A DNA stretch of 64,000 nt from Dehalococcoidia bacterium (GCA_965220655.1 CBDCQO010000012.1:102931-166930), one strand, 5' to 3'; shown: positions 28,213 through 38,383, counted from the first letter of the stretch. A program made the numbers and translations. The notes: generated from the letters alone by a model not told the origin.

Positions 28213-29166
28213 ATGGCAGACGAGTACATTCCGCCGAGAGGGACGAGGCTCGCTGGCAAGGTGGCCATCGTGACCGGTTCCGGCCGGGGCATCGGCAGGG
28301 CGCATGCCATCGCGCTGGCCGCCGAGGGCGCGAAGGTGGTGGTCAACGACCCGGGTGTCGAGCGGACGGGCGCGGGCGGAAGCAGCGCCCCTGCCGACGA
28401 CACGGTGGCGTTCATCAGGGAGAACGGCGGCGAGGCCGTTGCGAACTACAACTCGGTCGCGGACTACGAGGAAGCAGGGCAGATCATCAAGACGGCTCTC
28501 GACGCGTACGGGCAACTGGACATCCTCGTGAACAACGCAGGCATCGCGCGCGAGGGCCTCTTCCACCAGATCACGCCGGAGGACTTCGCGGCGGTGGTAG
28601 GAACGCACCTGAAAGGGACGTTCAACACCTGTCACCACGCAGTGCCGCTGCTGATGGAGCAGCGCTCCGGCCGCATCATCAACACGGCGTCGAGCCAGTG
28701 GCGTAACCCCGAGGGGCGTGCGGCATACGGGGCGGCCAAGGGCGGCATCGTGAGCCTCACCTGGAACCTCGCTTTCGAGCTGCGGTATCACAACATCACG
28801 GTGAACGCTATTGCGCCGATGGCGCAGACGCGCGGGTTCATCAACTACAACCATCCGCAGGTGCTGGCCGAAGCCGGCATCCCCGCGAAGAAGGCCGGCG
28901 ACGAACTCGCGGCGAACCGTCCGGGTGGCGAACACGTGTCGCCCATCGTGGTGTGGCTGGCGACCGACGCGGCGGCGCACGTGAACGGCTGCGTGTTCCG
29001 CGCCGGGAGCGGCAAATACGGGTTCTACGCTCACCCCACCGAAGTGCGGACGGTCAACAAGGACTGGCGCACCAAGGGAAAGTGGACGATAGAGGAAGTG
29101 AGCAGGATACTGCCGAGCAGCCTGCTGTTCGACGGCTCGATCGCACCCTTCATCCCGGCGGACTAG
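28213..29166 (+). CDS. SDR-family oxidoreductase, tandem paralogue of the preceding gene
   Basis: Same motifs (TGSGRGIG, NNAG, YGAAK). By eye it is colinear with the upstream gene, with well over half the positions identical. Confidence 0.88.
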   Translation: MADEYIPPRGTRLAGKVAIVTGSGRGIGRAHAIALAAEGAKVVVNDPGVERTGAGGSSAPADDTVAFIRENGGEAVANYNSVADYEEAGQIIKTALDAYGQLDILVNNAGIAREGLFHQITPEDFAAVVGTHLKGTFNTCHHAVPLLMEQRSGRIINTASSQWRNPEGRAAYGAAKGGIVSLTWNLAFELRYHNITVNAIAPMAQTRGFINYNHPQVLAEAGIPAKKAGDELAANRPGGEHVSPIVVWLATDAAAHVNGCVFRAGSGKYGFYAHPTEVRTVNKDWRTKGKWTIEEVSRILPSSLLFDGSIAPFIPAD

Positions 29167-29183
29167 GGCGCCCGCGCCCGCTT

Positions 29184-29921
29184 ATGCCAGACCTGCCGTT
29201 CGTCATCGGTTCCGCTGTCACGGTGCTGTTCGCCTCGACCATCCAGGGAGCGACCGGGTTCGGGTTCGTCGTCACGTCGGCGCCCATCATGGCCTCGTAC
29301 CTCGACCCGAAACTCGTGATACCCGTGCTGTTGATCCTGGGCACGATCCTGAACTTCCCGTTGATGGTGCACACGCGACGAGAGTTCAGCATCGCGCGTA
29401 TATGGCCGATGATGCTTGCCGGTGTCGTTTGCACCCCTATCGGAACGTTCATCCTGACGCGGCTCGACGCGCCGCAGATCAAGATAATCCTGGGGGTGGT
29501 GACAGGCACGGTAGCGGTGGCATTGCTGCTCGGGTTGCAGCGCACGGCGCGCAATCAGCGTCTCGCCTCTATACCGGTCGGCGCGGCGAGCGGACTGCTC
29601 ACGGGGGCGACCGGCCTCGCCGGCGCTCCCGTCATCCTCTTCTTCGCGAATCAGGGTGTTGAGCAGCGACAGTTCCGCGCAGATATCATCTATTATCTGG
29701 CAGGGGTGTCGCTCTCGGCGTTCCCGAGTTATGCCGTGGCGGGCGTCCTGACGCTTGAATCGGTACAGTTGGCGGCGGTGCTCCTGCCTGCGGGGGCTGC
29801 GGGCGTTTTCGGCGGTATATGGCTCTCCAGCCGTATTCCGGCCCTGGTGTTCCGGCGCATAGCGCTGGGGATCGTACTGATCGCTGCGGTAATCGCGATC
29901 ACGTCAGGAGTAACGGGATGA
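29184..29921 (+). CDS. TauE/SafE-family anion exporter
   Basis: 245 aa and polytopic. Blocks TIQGATGFGFVV and GATGLAGAPVILF are typical of TauE-like permeases. Confidence 0.8.
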   Translation: MPDLPFVIGSAVTVLFASTIQGATGFGFVVTSAPIMASYLDPKLVIPVLLILGTILNFPLMVHTRREFSIARIWPMMLAGVVCTPIGTFILTRLDAPQIKIILGVVTGTVAVALLLGLQRTARNQRLASIPVGAASGLLTGATGLAGAPVILFFANQGVEQRQFRADIIYYLAGVSLSAFPSYAVAGVLTLESVQLAAVLLPAGAAGVFGGIWLSSRIPALVFRRIALGIVLIAAVIAITSGVTG

Positions 29922-30547
29922 GGCTGTCCCGCTCGATACGGTATCGACTGGCCTCGATGGCGGCATTAGCGCCGCTCTACTACACGTCGGTCACGGCGCG
30001 TGCGATGCGCAACGCCCCGCCCGGCTACAGCTCGACGCAGCACACGATGAGCCGGCTCGCCGCGCGGGGTACGTCGAGCGCCAGACTGATGAACGCCGCG
30101 TTCGCGGGTTACGGCGTGCTCGTGCAGGGGCTCGGGCCGCTGCTGCACCATGAGGCGAGAGGAGGGAAGCGGGGACGCGCCCTCTGGGGGCTAGTGGCGA
30201 TATATGGGCTCGGCGCGGTCCTTGCGGCGAAGTACCCTACGCGCAGCGAGCGGCAGGTAGTGCCGGGCATCACGGAGAACAGCGCCCACAACATCGCAGG
30301 CGGGATGACGCTGGCGAGCATCGGCCTGCTCATGGCGTTGTCGCCCCGCGCGCTGAAGGAGCGTCCCGCGTGGTGCGGGTGGTGGAGGTGGTTCTCCTAC
30401 GGCATGTTCGCCGCGACCTGCATCCTCACGCTGCCGTACTACTCGCGCACGTGGCTCCGCAAGCGAGGGCTGTTCCAGCGCAGCCTCTTCGTCACGACCA
30501 TGACGTGGGTGATGACGACCGCGCTGCGCCTGCGCAGGCTGTCCTGA
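29918..30547 (+). CDS. Membrane protein, DUF998-like
   Basis: ATGA overlap with the TauE stop. About 209 aa with roughly five helices. The family assignment is from memory of the pattern (...STQHTMSRLAARG...NAAFAGYGVL) and is tentative. Confidence 0.55.
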   Translation: MRLSRSIRYRLASMAALAPLYYTSVTARAMRNAPPGYSSTQHTMSRLAARGTSSARLMNAAFAGYGVLVQGLGPLLHHEARGGKRGRALWGLVAIYGLGAVLAAKYPTRSERQVVPGITENSAHNIAGGMTLASIGLLMALSPRALKERPAWCGWWRWFSYGMFAATCILTLPYYSRTWLRKRGLFQRSLFVTTMTWVMTTALRLRRLS

Positions 30548-30561
30548 GGGCGGTTCGTTCC

Positions 30562-31551
30562 CTACCTGATGGGGGCCTGCGGGACGTCCGCCCCCATACC
30601 GAAGCGCTCAACCTCTTCGTCCGTGCCGTCCCACGCTGCGATGGCGTCCACGGCGTCGCGCTCCTCGGGTGAGAGCATCCAGTCCGACGCGCCTGCGTTC
30701 CCTGCAACCTGCTCCTCGGTCATCGCCCCCGCTATAACGGAGCTCACTGCCGGGTGCGCGAGCAGCCATGCGAACGCGAGGTCGAGGACCGTGTGCCCGT
30801 GCTCGTTCGCGTAGGCGTCGAGACGCGAGAGCACGGCCCGGGCGCGTTCGTCGCCCTGCAACTGGCCGACCATACGCCTCGCGCTGCCGGGCACCTCCGC
30901 GCCCGCCGCGTACTTGCCGGTGAGCCATCCGCCCGCGAGCGGGAAGTAAGGCAGGAAGCCGATGTTGTGCTCCGTGCAGTAGGGGAGCAGTTCGAGTTCG
31001 ACCTGCCGGTGCATGAGGCTGTAGTTGTTCTGGGAGGAGACGAACGGTGCGAGGCCGCGCTCGTCGGCGGCGCGGTTGGCGTCGGCGTGGCGCCAGCCGG
31101 AGTAGTTGCACTCGCCGACGTACCGCACCTTGCCCTCCTTGACGAGGTCGTTCAGCGGTTCCAGGTACTCCTCGTGCGGAACGCCGTGCGGGATGAAGTG
31201 GATCTGGTAGAGGTCGATGACGTCGGTCTGGAGCTTGGTGAGGCTCTCCTCGACGTTCTTCATGATGCGGTCACGGGGCGATTCGCCATCGAGGCTGTTG
31301 AGGTTGAACTTGGTTGCGATGAGGAAGTCGTTCCGCTGACCGCGCAGCGCTTCGCCGATGTGTACCTCGCTCTGGCCGCCGCCGTAGATGTTGGCGGTGT
31401 CGATGAGGTTGATCCCCACATCCCGGCACTTGTCGAGCACGCGCTTGCTGTCCGCGTGGTCGCTGATGCGGGAGGGGTTGCCGAAGTTGTTGGTTCCGAG
31501 TCCGATGACGGAGACGTTGAGGTCCGTTTCGCCGAGTCTGCGGTACTGCAT
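30562..31551 (-). CDS. Aldo/keto reductase
   Basis: MQYRRLGETDLNVSVIGLGTNNFG start, preceded by GGAGGAG. AKR-fold blocks appear throughout. Confidence 0.9.
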   Translation of the reverse strand: MQYRRLGETDLNVSVIGLGTNNFGNPSRISDHADSKRVLDKCRDVGINLIDTANIYGGGQSEVHIGEALRGQRNDFLIATKFNLNSLDGESPRDRIMKNVEESLTKLQTDVIDLYQIHFIPHGVPHEEYLEPLNDLVKEGKVRYVGECNYSGWRHADANRAADERGLAPFVSSQNNYSLMHRQVELELLPYCTEHNIGFLPYFPLAGGWLTGKYAAGAEVPGSARRMVGQLQGDERARAVLSRLDAYANEHGHTVLDLAFAWLLAHPAVSSVIAGAMTEEQVAGNAGASDWMLSPEERDAVDAIAAWDGTDEEVERFGMGADVPQAPIR

Positions 31552-31692
31552 CTGCTGCTCCTCCGAGTTGCGCCGGTGGGGTATCGCGCCTGACGCTCCC
31601 ACGCATGATAGCGGATGGATGCGCTGGCTGGGGTGGCGAGGAGGGTTGCTATACTCGCTGGGCTGTCGTCGAGAGCGGCTTTTGGAGGAGAC

Positions 31693-32937
31693 ATGTTTGC
31701 GTTCGTATCAAGCGCCGCTCGGGCGGTTCTGGTCTGTCTGGTGCTGGGGGCGGTTGTGGCCTGTGGCGGCGGCTCGGAGAGCGCAGCCACTCCATTGAAG
31801 ATCGGGCTGCTGTTCGACTACAGCCCCGATTCGGAGGAAAAGGCGCGTGACAGGGAGCGGGCGTTCCACCTGGCGGTGCAGCACGTCAACGCTGCCGGAG
31901 GAGTGCTCGGGCATCCCGTCGAGACAGTGGTCAGGGACTCCACGCGCGACCCCCAGGTGGCGGTGGAGGAAGCCCGCCGCATGATCGAGGAAGACGGCGT
32001 TCATGTCCTGGTCGGCCCCAACTCCAGCGCGAACTCGCTGCCCGTGGCGGAGCAGGTAGCCGGTCCCGCAGGCATACCGGTCATCAGCCCGTCGGCCTCA
32101 TCCGCACTCCTCACCGGCGCGGCGGACAGCGATTTCTTCTTCCGCGCCACGCTGTCCGCCGACGTACACGGGCCTGTACTGGCGGATGTGACGCGCGACC
32201 TCGGCTTCACGAACCTCGGCCTCGTCTACCGCGACGACGCCTGGGGGCGCAGCCTCTTCGAGTCTTTCGAACGAGCGTGGACGGGGGAGCTGAAGGCCGT
32301 TCTGCTCCCGAAGGGGCAGACGACGTTCCTCTCCGAGTTGCGGCAGACGGCGAGCGGGGGCGCCGAGGCGCTCATCGTCCTCACGTTCGAGGCGGAGGCG
32401 GCGATCGTCACCAGGGAGGCGGTCGAAACCGGCCTCTACGGCAAATTCGTAATGGGCAGCGCTCTGAAGAGCCCCGCCCTGGCCGCTGCAGTCGACGGCG
32501 CTCTCGCGGGCGCCTACGGCACAGGCTCGGCCGCACTGGAAAGCCGCGCCTCGCGCGACTGGGAAGCCGCATTCATCGCGGAATACGGCAACGCCCCTGC
32601 ATATGCATACGTGCAGGAGACGTACGACGCCACGATCGCCCTCGCGCTTGCGGCGCAGGCTGCGGGAAGCGTCGACGGGACCGCCATCCGTGACCAGCTG
32701 CGCAGCATCGGCAGCGGCCCGGGGACAGTGATAACGCCCTCAGCCGCGGGAGTAGCGGAGGCGTTGCGCATCCTCGGCGACGGCGGCGCGGTGGACTACG
32801 AAGGAGCCGCAACGTCGATGGACTGGGACGACAACGGCGACCTGCGGCGCGGGCACATCGGCATCTGGCGGTTCACGGACGACGGGATGGCTGAAGACCT
32901 CTACACCGTGCCCTTCGACTCTGGAAGCAGCCCATAG
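31693..32937 (+). CDS. Lipoprotein, Leu/Ile/Val-binding-protein-like SBP (no transporter genes adjacent)
   Basis: The ATG at 31693 follows GGAGGAG. Lipobox LGAVVAC, then a type-1 PBP body (LKIGLLFDYS...). Confidence 0.85.
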   Translation: MFAFVSSAARAVLVCLVLGAVVACGGGSESAATPLKIGLLFDYSPDSEEKARDRERAFHLAVQHVNAAGGVLGHPVETVVRDSTRDPQVAVEEARRMIEEDGVHVLVGPNSSANSLPVAEQVAGPAGIPVISPSASSALLTGAADSDFFFRATLSADVHGPVLADVTRDLGFTNLGLVYRDDAWGRSLFESFERAWTGELKAVLLPKGQTTFLSELRQTASGGAEALIVLTFEAEAAIVTREAVETGLYGKFVMGSALKSPALAAAVDGALAGAYGTGSAALESRASRDWEAAFIAEYGNAPAYAYVQETYDATIALALAAQAAGSVDGTAIRDQLRSIGSGPGTVITPSAAGVAEALRILGDGGAVDYEGAATSMDWDDNGDLRRGHIGIWRFTDDGMAEDLYTVPFDSGSSP

Positions 32938-32945
32938 GAGGCAGG

Positions 32946-34229
32946 ATGGATATCGGGTTCGTGGGGATCGGCATGATGGGCAAGCCGATGGCGGTGAACC
33001 TGCTCAAGGCGGGGCACAACGTCACGGTCGTCAACCGCAGCCAGGGAAAGGTGCAGGAGCTCGCCGGGATGGGCGCGACGTCCGGCGCATCGCCCGCGGA
33101 TGCGGCGCGCGGCGCGGAGGTAGTCGGGCTCTGCCTCGTGGGAGATGCGGTCGTGGAGTCGGTGCTGTGCGGTGAGAACGGCGTGCTGGAAGGGGCTGCG
33201 CCGGGTACGATCGTGCTCGACCACTCGACCGTCCATCCGGAGTTCGCGCGGCGCATGGAGCAGGAGTGCGCGGCGTGGGGCGTGACGTACCTCGATGCGC
33301 CGGTGTCGGGGACGGGCGACGTGGCGTGGGGCGGCAGGCTGACGGTGATGGTGGGCGGCGACGCTGCCGCGTTCGAGCACACCCGTCCCGCGCTCGATGC
33401 GGTGTCGGCGAATGCGCGGTTCATGGGGCCGGTCGGCAGCGGCAACATGGCCAAGCTGCTCAACAACATGGTGAAGGACATCAACCAGCTGGGCGTGCTG
33501 GAGACGTTCGTGCTCGGTGCGAAGCAGGGGTTGGACTGCGGGCTGCTGTTCCATGTCATGCGCAAGGGAGCGTCCGTGAGCCGCCAGTTGGAGCGCATCC
33601 TGCCGAAGATACTCGACCGCTCGTTCGAGCAGACGTCGTACGTCTCCACGAACATCAAGGACCAGGACCTGATGGAGTGGATGATCGAGCAGGCGGGGCT
33701 GGACCTGCCGTTGCGGAACGCCGCGCGCGATTCGTGGCTGTACGCCGCCGAACACGGGTTGGCCAATGCCGACCCGCCCGAGGCAATCAAGGCCCTGGAG
33801 CCCATCGCTGGCGTCGAGGTTGCGGGAGAGTTGCTGCCTTCCGATGCGGACGTGCCGGCGCACGGCGTCGGGTACGACGCGCTGGACACGGCAACGGCCG
33901 CGATGTACGAGGTGGGCGTATTCGAGGCGTTCGCGCTGACCACGAGACTGGGAATGGACGCTCGAGCGATGTACGAGGTGATGCGCACCGCGTCCGGGGC
34001 TTCGGCGCGGTTGGAGCGCATCGGTCAGGTCATCCTTGGCGGAGCGTCCGGGGACCCGGAGCCGTCGGTGGACGACTACGTCGCCTGCTGCGAGCCGCTG
34101 CTCGCGGAGGTGAGGCGCGACGGGTTGCGCATGCCGCTGCATGAGGCGTCGGCATCCCTGTGGCGCAGGGCAGCGGGACAGGGATTGGGAAGCGGGCCGT
34201 CGTCCGCCGCGTATGCGCTCTACGAGTAG
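32946..34229 (+). CDS. NAD(P)-dependent dehydrogenase of the 3-hydroxyisobutyrate/6-phosphogluconate dehydrogenase family, with a duplicated C-terminal helical domain
   Basis: Rossmann motif GFVGIGMMGKPMA. Residues ~300-427 repeat the helical domain: compare AKLLNNMVKDINQLGVLETFVLGAKQGLD with AAMYEVGVFEAFALTTRLGMD. Confidence 0.85.
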   Translation: MDIGFVGIGMMGKPMAVNLLKAGHNVTVVNRSQGKVQELAGMGATSGASPADAARGAEVVGLCLVGDAVVESVLCGENGVLEGAAPGTIVLDHSTVHPEFARRMEQECAAWGVTYLDAPVSGTGDVAWGGRLTVMVGGDAAAFEHTRPALDAVSANARFMGPVGSGNMAKLLNNMVKDINQLGVLETFVLGAKQGLDCGLLFHVMRKGASVSRQLERILPKILDRSFEQTSYVSTNIKDQDLMEWMIEQAGLDLPLRNAARDSWLYAAEHGLANADPPEAIKALEPIAGVEVAGELLPSDADVPAHGVGYDALDTATAAMYEVGVFEAFALTTRLGMDARAMYEVMRTASGASARLERIGQVILGGASGDPEPSVDDYVACCEPLLAEVRRDGLRMPLHEASASLWRRAAGQGLGSGPSSAAYALYE

Positions 34230-34248
34230 TTACCGGTAGACTGCGCGC

Positions 34249-34599
34249 ATGGAGTACGTCGAGGTAGACGTTGAAGCCGGAGAGAACTGCGACCTCTCCG
34301 TGACGCGCATGTTCGAGGCGCTGGAGCCGTCCCGCGAGGTGACGTGGGTCGAGTCCGCGTTTCGCCCTGACGGTTGGGAGGGCCCGTGCGACGTGGTCGG
34401 CTGGTCGGGCGGCGGACCGGTCCCGGCGATGGCGGCGAAAGTGTCGGACTCCGGGGATGGTGTCGTGGTGCTGGTGTACGGCGGAGACGAGGGGTTGCGC
34501 TTGCGTCCGTCCGGCTCGTCCGCGGAGTGGTCGCTCGACGACAAGGAGCAGTGGGGCGAGCCGTGTCTCCTGCTGGAGTTGACGCTGGGGGTCAGGTAA
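34249..34599 (+). CDS. Hypothetical acidic protein (116 aa)
   Basis: Very high GC3 in this frame. No SD and no family recognised. Confidence 0.5.
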   Translation: MEYVEVDVEAGENCDLSVTRMFEALEPSREVTWVESAFRPDGWEGPCDVVGWSGGGPVPAMAAKVSDSGDGVVVLVYGGDEGLRLRPSGSSAEWSLDDKEQWGEPCLLLELTLGVR

Positions 34600-34700
34600 C
34601 GCGCACCGCTGCGCCTGTTCCGGCGGGGGCATACTGTACAATGCCCGTACGAGTGACTCCCACGTCCCCATAGCCTTCAGCACGGTATCGAGAACGCAGC

Positions 34701-35867
34701 ATGGCACTCCAGACGGCAAACGCAGACGCCGGACAGGGCGGTGTTCAGTTGCGCTACCGGCGGATCGTGGTCAAGGCCGGCACGAACGTGCTCACCCGCA
34801 AGACCGCGCACCTGGACCGCTCCGTCATGGAGTCGCTGGTCCACCAGATCGCGGACGTGGTGGAGATGGGCGCTCAGGTGGTGCTCGTCACCTCGGGCGC
34901 CATCGCGGCGGGGCACGAGGCTGCGCCCGGCGTCGTGCAGGGTAAGAGCGTCGCTGCGAGCCAGATGCTTGCGGCCATCGGGCAGAGCCGCCTCATGCAC
35001 GCCTACCAGGAGCTCTTCTCGCGGCGCGGGATCGTCGTCGCGCAGACGCTCCTCATCGCGCGGGACGTGGACGACCGCGTGGGCTATCTGAACGTGCGTA
35101 ACACCCTGAACGGGCTGCTGGAGCGCGGCGTCGTGCCCATCGTCAATGAGAACGACGTGGTCGACACGAAAGAGATCAACGGCCAGCGCTTCGGCGACAA
35201 CGATACGCTCTCCGCCATCGTGGCGAACGTGATCGACGCCGACCTGCTGTTGATGCTGACGGACACCGGCGGACTGTTCACCGCCGACCCGAACCGCGAC
35301 CCCGCAGCGGAACTGATACCCCGGGTCGACCGGATAGACGACGCCATCATGTCCTTGGCGGAGGTGCACACGAGCACCGCGACCCGCGGGGGGATGGCTT
35401 CCAAGCTCCTGGCTGCGCAGCATGCCACGGGCATAGGAGTGGCGGTGGTGTTCGGTCTCGGCGGAGACCCGTCGGTCGTGCGAGAGGCGGCATGCGGTCA
35501 GTTGACCAACGGTACGTTCTTCCCTGCCAGAGGGTCCGTCGTGGAGAGCAGGAAGCGCTGGCTGTTGAGCGGCATGACGAAGAAGGACGCTGGCCTCGTG
35601 GTGGACGATGGGGCGGTGCGCGCTCTCTGTGAGCAGTCGCGCAGCCTGCTGCCGGCGGGCATCCGCGAAGTGAACGGACGGTTCGTGCGGGGCGACGTGG
35701 TGGAGGTCCTCTCGGTGAGCGGCTCGCGCCTCGCCTACGGTATAGCGAACTACGACTCGTCGGAGATGCGGAAGATCGCGGGGGAACGCTCCGACCGGAT
35801 CATGGAGTTGCTCGGGCACCACAACGGCGACGAAGCGGTGCACCGCAACAACATGGTCGTCGTCTGA
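34701..35867 (+). CDS. proB: Glutamate 5-kinase (with PUA domain)
   Basis: RRIVVKAGTNVLT and VLVTSGAIAAG blocks, plus a C-terminal PUA-like region. Confidence 0.95.
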   Translation: MALQTANADAGQGGVQLRYRRIVVKAGTNVLTRKTAHLDRSVMESLVHQIADVVEMGAQVVLVTSGAIAAGHEAAPGVVQGKSVAASQMLAAIGQSRLMHAYQELFSRRGIVVAQTLLIARDVDDRVGYLNVRNTLNGLLERGVVPIVNENDVVDTKEINGQRFGDNDTLSAIVANVIDADLLLMLTDTGGLFTADPNRDPAAELIPRVDRIDDAIMSLAEVHTSTATRGGMASKLLAAQHATGIGVAVVFGLGGDPSVVREAACGQLTNGTFFPARGSVVESRKRWLLSGMTKKDAGLVVDDGAVRALCEQSRSLLPAGIREVNGRFVRGDVVEVLSVSGSRLAYGIANYDSSEMRKIAGERSDRIMELLGHHNGDEAVHRNNMVVV

Positions 35868-35884
35868 GGACGAAGGAGAGATAC

Positions 35885-37165
35885 ATGGCAACGGGAACAG
35901 CCACATCCGAACTCATTACGAAGGCGCAAGCAGCGCGTGAGGCGTCCAAGCGCGTTCGCATGCTCTCCACCGAACAGAAGAACAGCGCGCTGCGCGCCAT
36001 CGCCGACGCCCTCGAAGCCAACTGCCCCACCATCCTGGAGGCGAACGCCCGCGACCTCGAAGCCGGGCGCGAGTCCGGGCTGAGCGAGGCGCTGATGGGG
36101 CGGCTGCTGCTGAATGAGCAGCGCATAAGCGGGATGGCGAACGACGTGCGCGGGGTCGCGCTGCTGCCCGACCCGGTCGGGGAGTGTTTCGACTCCCGCA
36201 CGCTGCCGAACGGGATACGCGTGGAGCGGCGCAGGGTGCCGCTGGGCGTCATCGGCTGCGTGTACGAAGCCCGTCCGAACGTAACGACGGACATCGTGTC
36301 GCTCTGCCTGAAGTCCGGCAACGCGGTCGTGCTGCGCGGCGGCAAGGAAGCCGTCCATACCAACACTGCGGTTGCCGCGCTGGTGAAGGACGCGCTGGCG
36401 GCCGAGGACGCCGTGCCGGAGGCCGTGCAGTTCGTCACCGACACGGACCGGGCCATCGTCGACCAGATGATCCGGCTCAACGACTACCTTGACCTGTTCA
36501 TCCCGCGTGGCGGCGAAACGCTCATCAAGTACGTGCGCGACAACGCGACGGTCCCCGCCATCACCGGCGGCATCGGCGTCGTGCATGTGTACGTGGACGC
36601 CGGCGCAGACCTGGAGAAGGCGTCCGGCATCATCTACAACGCCAAAACGCAGCGGCCCGACGTGTGCAACGCGCTGGACACGCTGCTCGTGCACGCCTCG
36701 GCTGCTCCGGCGTTGCTGCCCGGCGCGGCGTCCCGGCTCACGGAGGCGGGGGTCGAGTTGCGGTGCGACCAGCGGGCGCTGTCGCTCATCGGGCCGGTGC
36801 AGGAGTCGCAGGTGCGGGCCGCCGGGCCGGACGACTTCGGGCAGGAGTTCCTCTCGCTCACGATGTCGGTGAAAGTAGTGGACTCGCTCGACGCCGCGCT
36901 TGAGCACATCGACGAGTTCGGCTCCGGGCACACCGAGGCGATCGTGACGGAGGACTACAGCGCCGCGATGCGCTTTACCGATGCCGTGGAGGCGTCGGTC
37001 GTGCTCGTGAACGCGAGCACGCGCTTCAACGACGGCGCCCAGCTCGGGCTGGGGTCGGAGGTCGCGATCAGCACGAACAAGCTGCACGCGCGCGGGCCGA
37101 TGGGTCTGCGCGAGCTGACGAGTTACAAGTGGATAGCGCTGGGCGACGGACAGGTACGCCCCTGA
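35885..37165 (+). CDS. proA: Gamma-glutamyl phosphate reductase
   Basis: 426 aa. Typical ProA blocks include ILEANARDLE and AEVAISTNKLHARGPMGL-like ends. Lies directly downstream of proB. Confidence 0.95.
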   Translation: MATGTATSELITKAQAAREASKRVRMLSTEQKNSALRAIADALEANCPTILEANARDLEAGRESGLSEALMGRLLLNEQRISGMANDVRGVALLPDPVGECFDSRTLPNGIRVERRRVPLGVIGCVYEARPNVTTDIVSLCLKSGNAVVLRGGKEAVHTNTAVAALVKDALAAEDAVPEAVQFVTDTDRAIVDQMIRLNDYLDLFIPRGGETLIKYVRDNATVPAITGGIGVVHVYVDAGADLEKASGIIYNAKTQRPDVCNALDTLLVHASAAPALLPGAASRLTEAGVELRCDQRALSLIGPVQESQVRAAGPDDFGQEFLSLTMSVKVVDSLDAALEHIDEFGSGHTEAIVTEDYSAAMRFTDAVEASVVLVNASTRFNDGAQLGLGSEVAISTNKLHARGPMGLRELTSYKWIALGDGQVRP

Positions 37166-37213
37166 GCAGCGCTTCTTCCCACGTAAGGCGCAGGTCGAGT
37201 TAAAGGAGAACCC

Positions 37214-37528
37214 ATGATCCGCTTCGAACGCGAGTGTCGTACGCCGTTCTCTGAGGTGTACACGCTCTACGAGGACGACCAGCCCCAGCCGCAGGGGCGT
37301 TTCGACGTGCACTTCTACGGGCGCATCATCCACGCCACGCTGTGCGTCTCCGAGCGCTACACCACCGACGAGATACAGGACATCATCGCCGATCTCGACG
37401 ACGAGCTGCTCGACGCCATCGGCCTCGAACGGGACGATTTCGTCGTACACGTCCACCAGGGGCGGGAGGTTGGCGTGTTCTCCGGCAGCGCGTTCGAGGA
37501 AGGCGAGGAGCCCGGCTCCGAGAACTAG
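37214..37528 (+). CDS. Hypothetical acidic protein (104 aa)
   Basis: AAAGGAG SD, high GC3, no family recognised. Confidence 0.55.
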   Translation: MIRFERECRTPFSEVYTLYEDDQPQPQGRFDVHFYGRIIHATLCVSERYTTDEIQDIIADLDDELLDAIGLERDDFVVHVHQGREVGVFSGSAFEEGEEPGSEN

Positions 37529-37540
37529 GAGCGACGGGAC

Positions 37541-38383
37541 GTGATCGTTGACTTCCATACACACCTGCTGCCCGCCTCTTTCAACGAGTGGCGCTCCGAG
37601 ATAGCCGCGCGCGACGCCACGTTCGCTGCGCTCTTCGGCTCGGGCGGGTCGATGGCCACTGTGGAAGACCTCATCGCCGCGATGGACGAGAGCGGAGTCG
37701 ACCTGTCCGTCGTGCTCGGCTTCGGCTGGTGCGACCGCGACGTCGCGCGTGAGGCGAACGATTGCCTGCTGGACGCCGCCGCGCGCTACCCGGGGCGCAT
37801 CGCCGCATTCTGCTCCGTGCACCCCGGCTGGGGAGACGACGCCCTGCGCGAGGTGGAGCGCTGCGTTGACGCGGGCGCCGTCGGTATCGGCGAGCTGCAC
37901 CCCGCGCTGCAAGGGACCGATCTGGCGACAGACGACTTCGTCGAGCCACTGGTGCGGTTCGCGGCGGAGCGTGGACTGCTCATCAACGTCCACGGCTCGG
38001 AGCCGGTCGGCCACGTCTACCCCGGCAAAGGCCCGACGACCCCCGAGCGCCTGCTCGCGATCGCGGAACGCTTCCCCGATGCGCGCTGGGTGTTCCCGCA
38101 TTGGGGCGGCGGGTTGCCGTTCTACGCGCTCATGCCCGAGGTGCGCGCCGCGCTTGTCAACACCTGGTTCGACAGCGCGGTGTCGCCGTTCCTCTACGAC
38201 GCGGAGGTATTCGACGTTGCGACACGCGCCGTGGGCGCGGAGCACGTCCTGTTCGGCTCGGACTACCCGCTGCTGCCCGCCTCCCGTGTGACGGACCAGG
38301 CGCGCAGCACGCTCGACGCTGCTACGGCGCAGGCCGTGCTCGGCGGCAACGCCGTACGGTTGCTGGGACTCACCGATGACTGA
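37541..38383 (+). CDS. Amidohydrolase-2 family metal-dependent hydrolase
   Basis: GTG start, a VIVDFHTHLLP metal-binding start motif, and FGSDYPL near the C-terminus. Confidence 0.85.
   Translation: MIVDFHTHLLPASFNEWRSEIAARDATFAALFGSGGSMATVEDLIAAMDESGVDLSVVLGFGWCDRDVAREANDCLLDAAARYPGRIAAFCSVHPGWGDDALREVERCVDAGAVGIGELHPALQGTDLATDDFVEPLVRFAAERGLLINVHGSEPVGHVYPGKGPTTPERLLAIAERFPDARWVFPHWGGGLPFYALMPEVRAALVNTWFDSAVSPFLYDAEVFDVATRAVGAEHVLFGSDYPLLPASRVTDQARSTLDAATAQAVLGGNAVRLLGLTDD

Noticed and set aside
35750-38245. An 831-aa minus-strand ORF, the longest in the track.
   Set aside because: It lies antisense to proA, a small ORF and an amidohydrolase, all of which have clear family signatures. Its translation is Arg/His/Gly/Pro-rich with no motifs and no SD. 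This is a typical high-GC antisense artefact.
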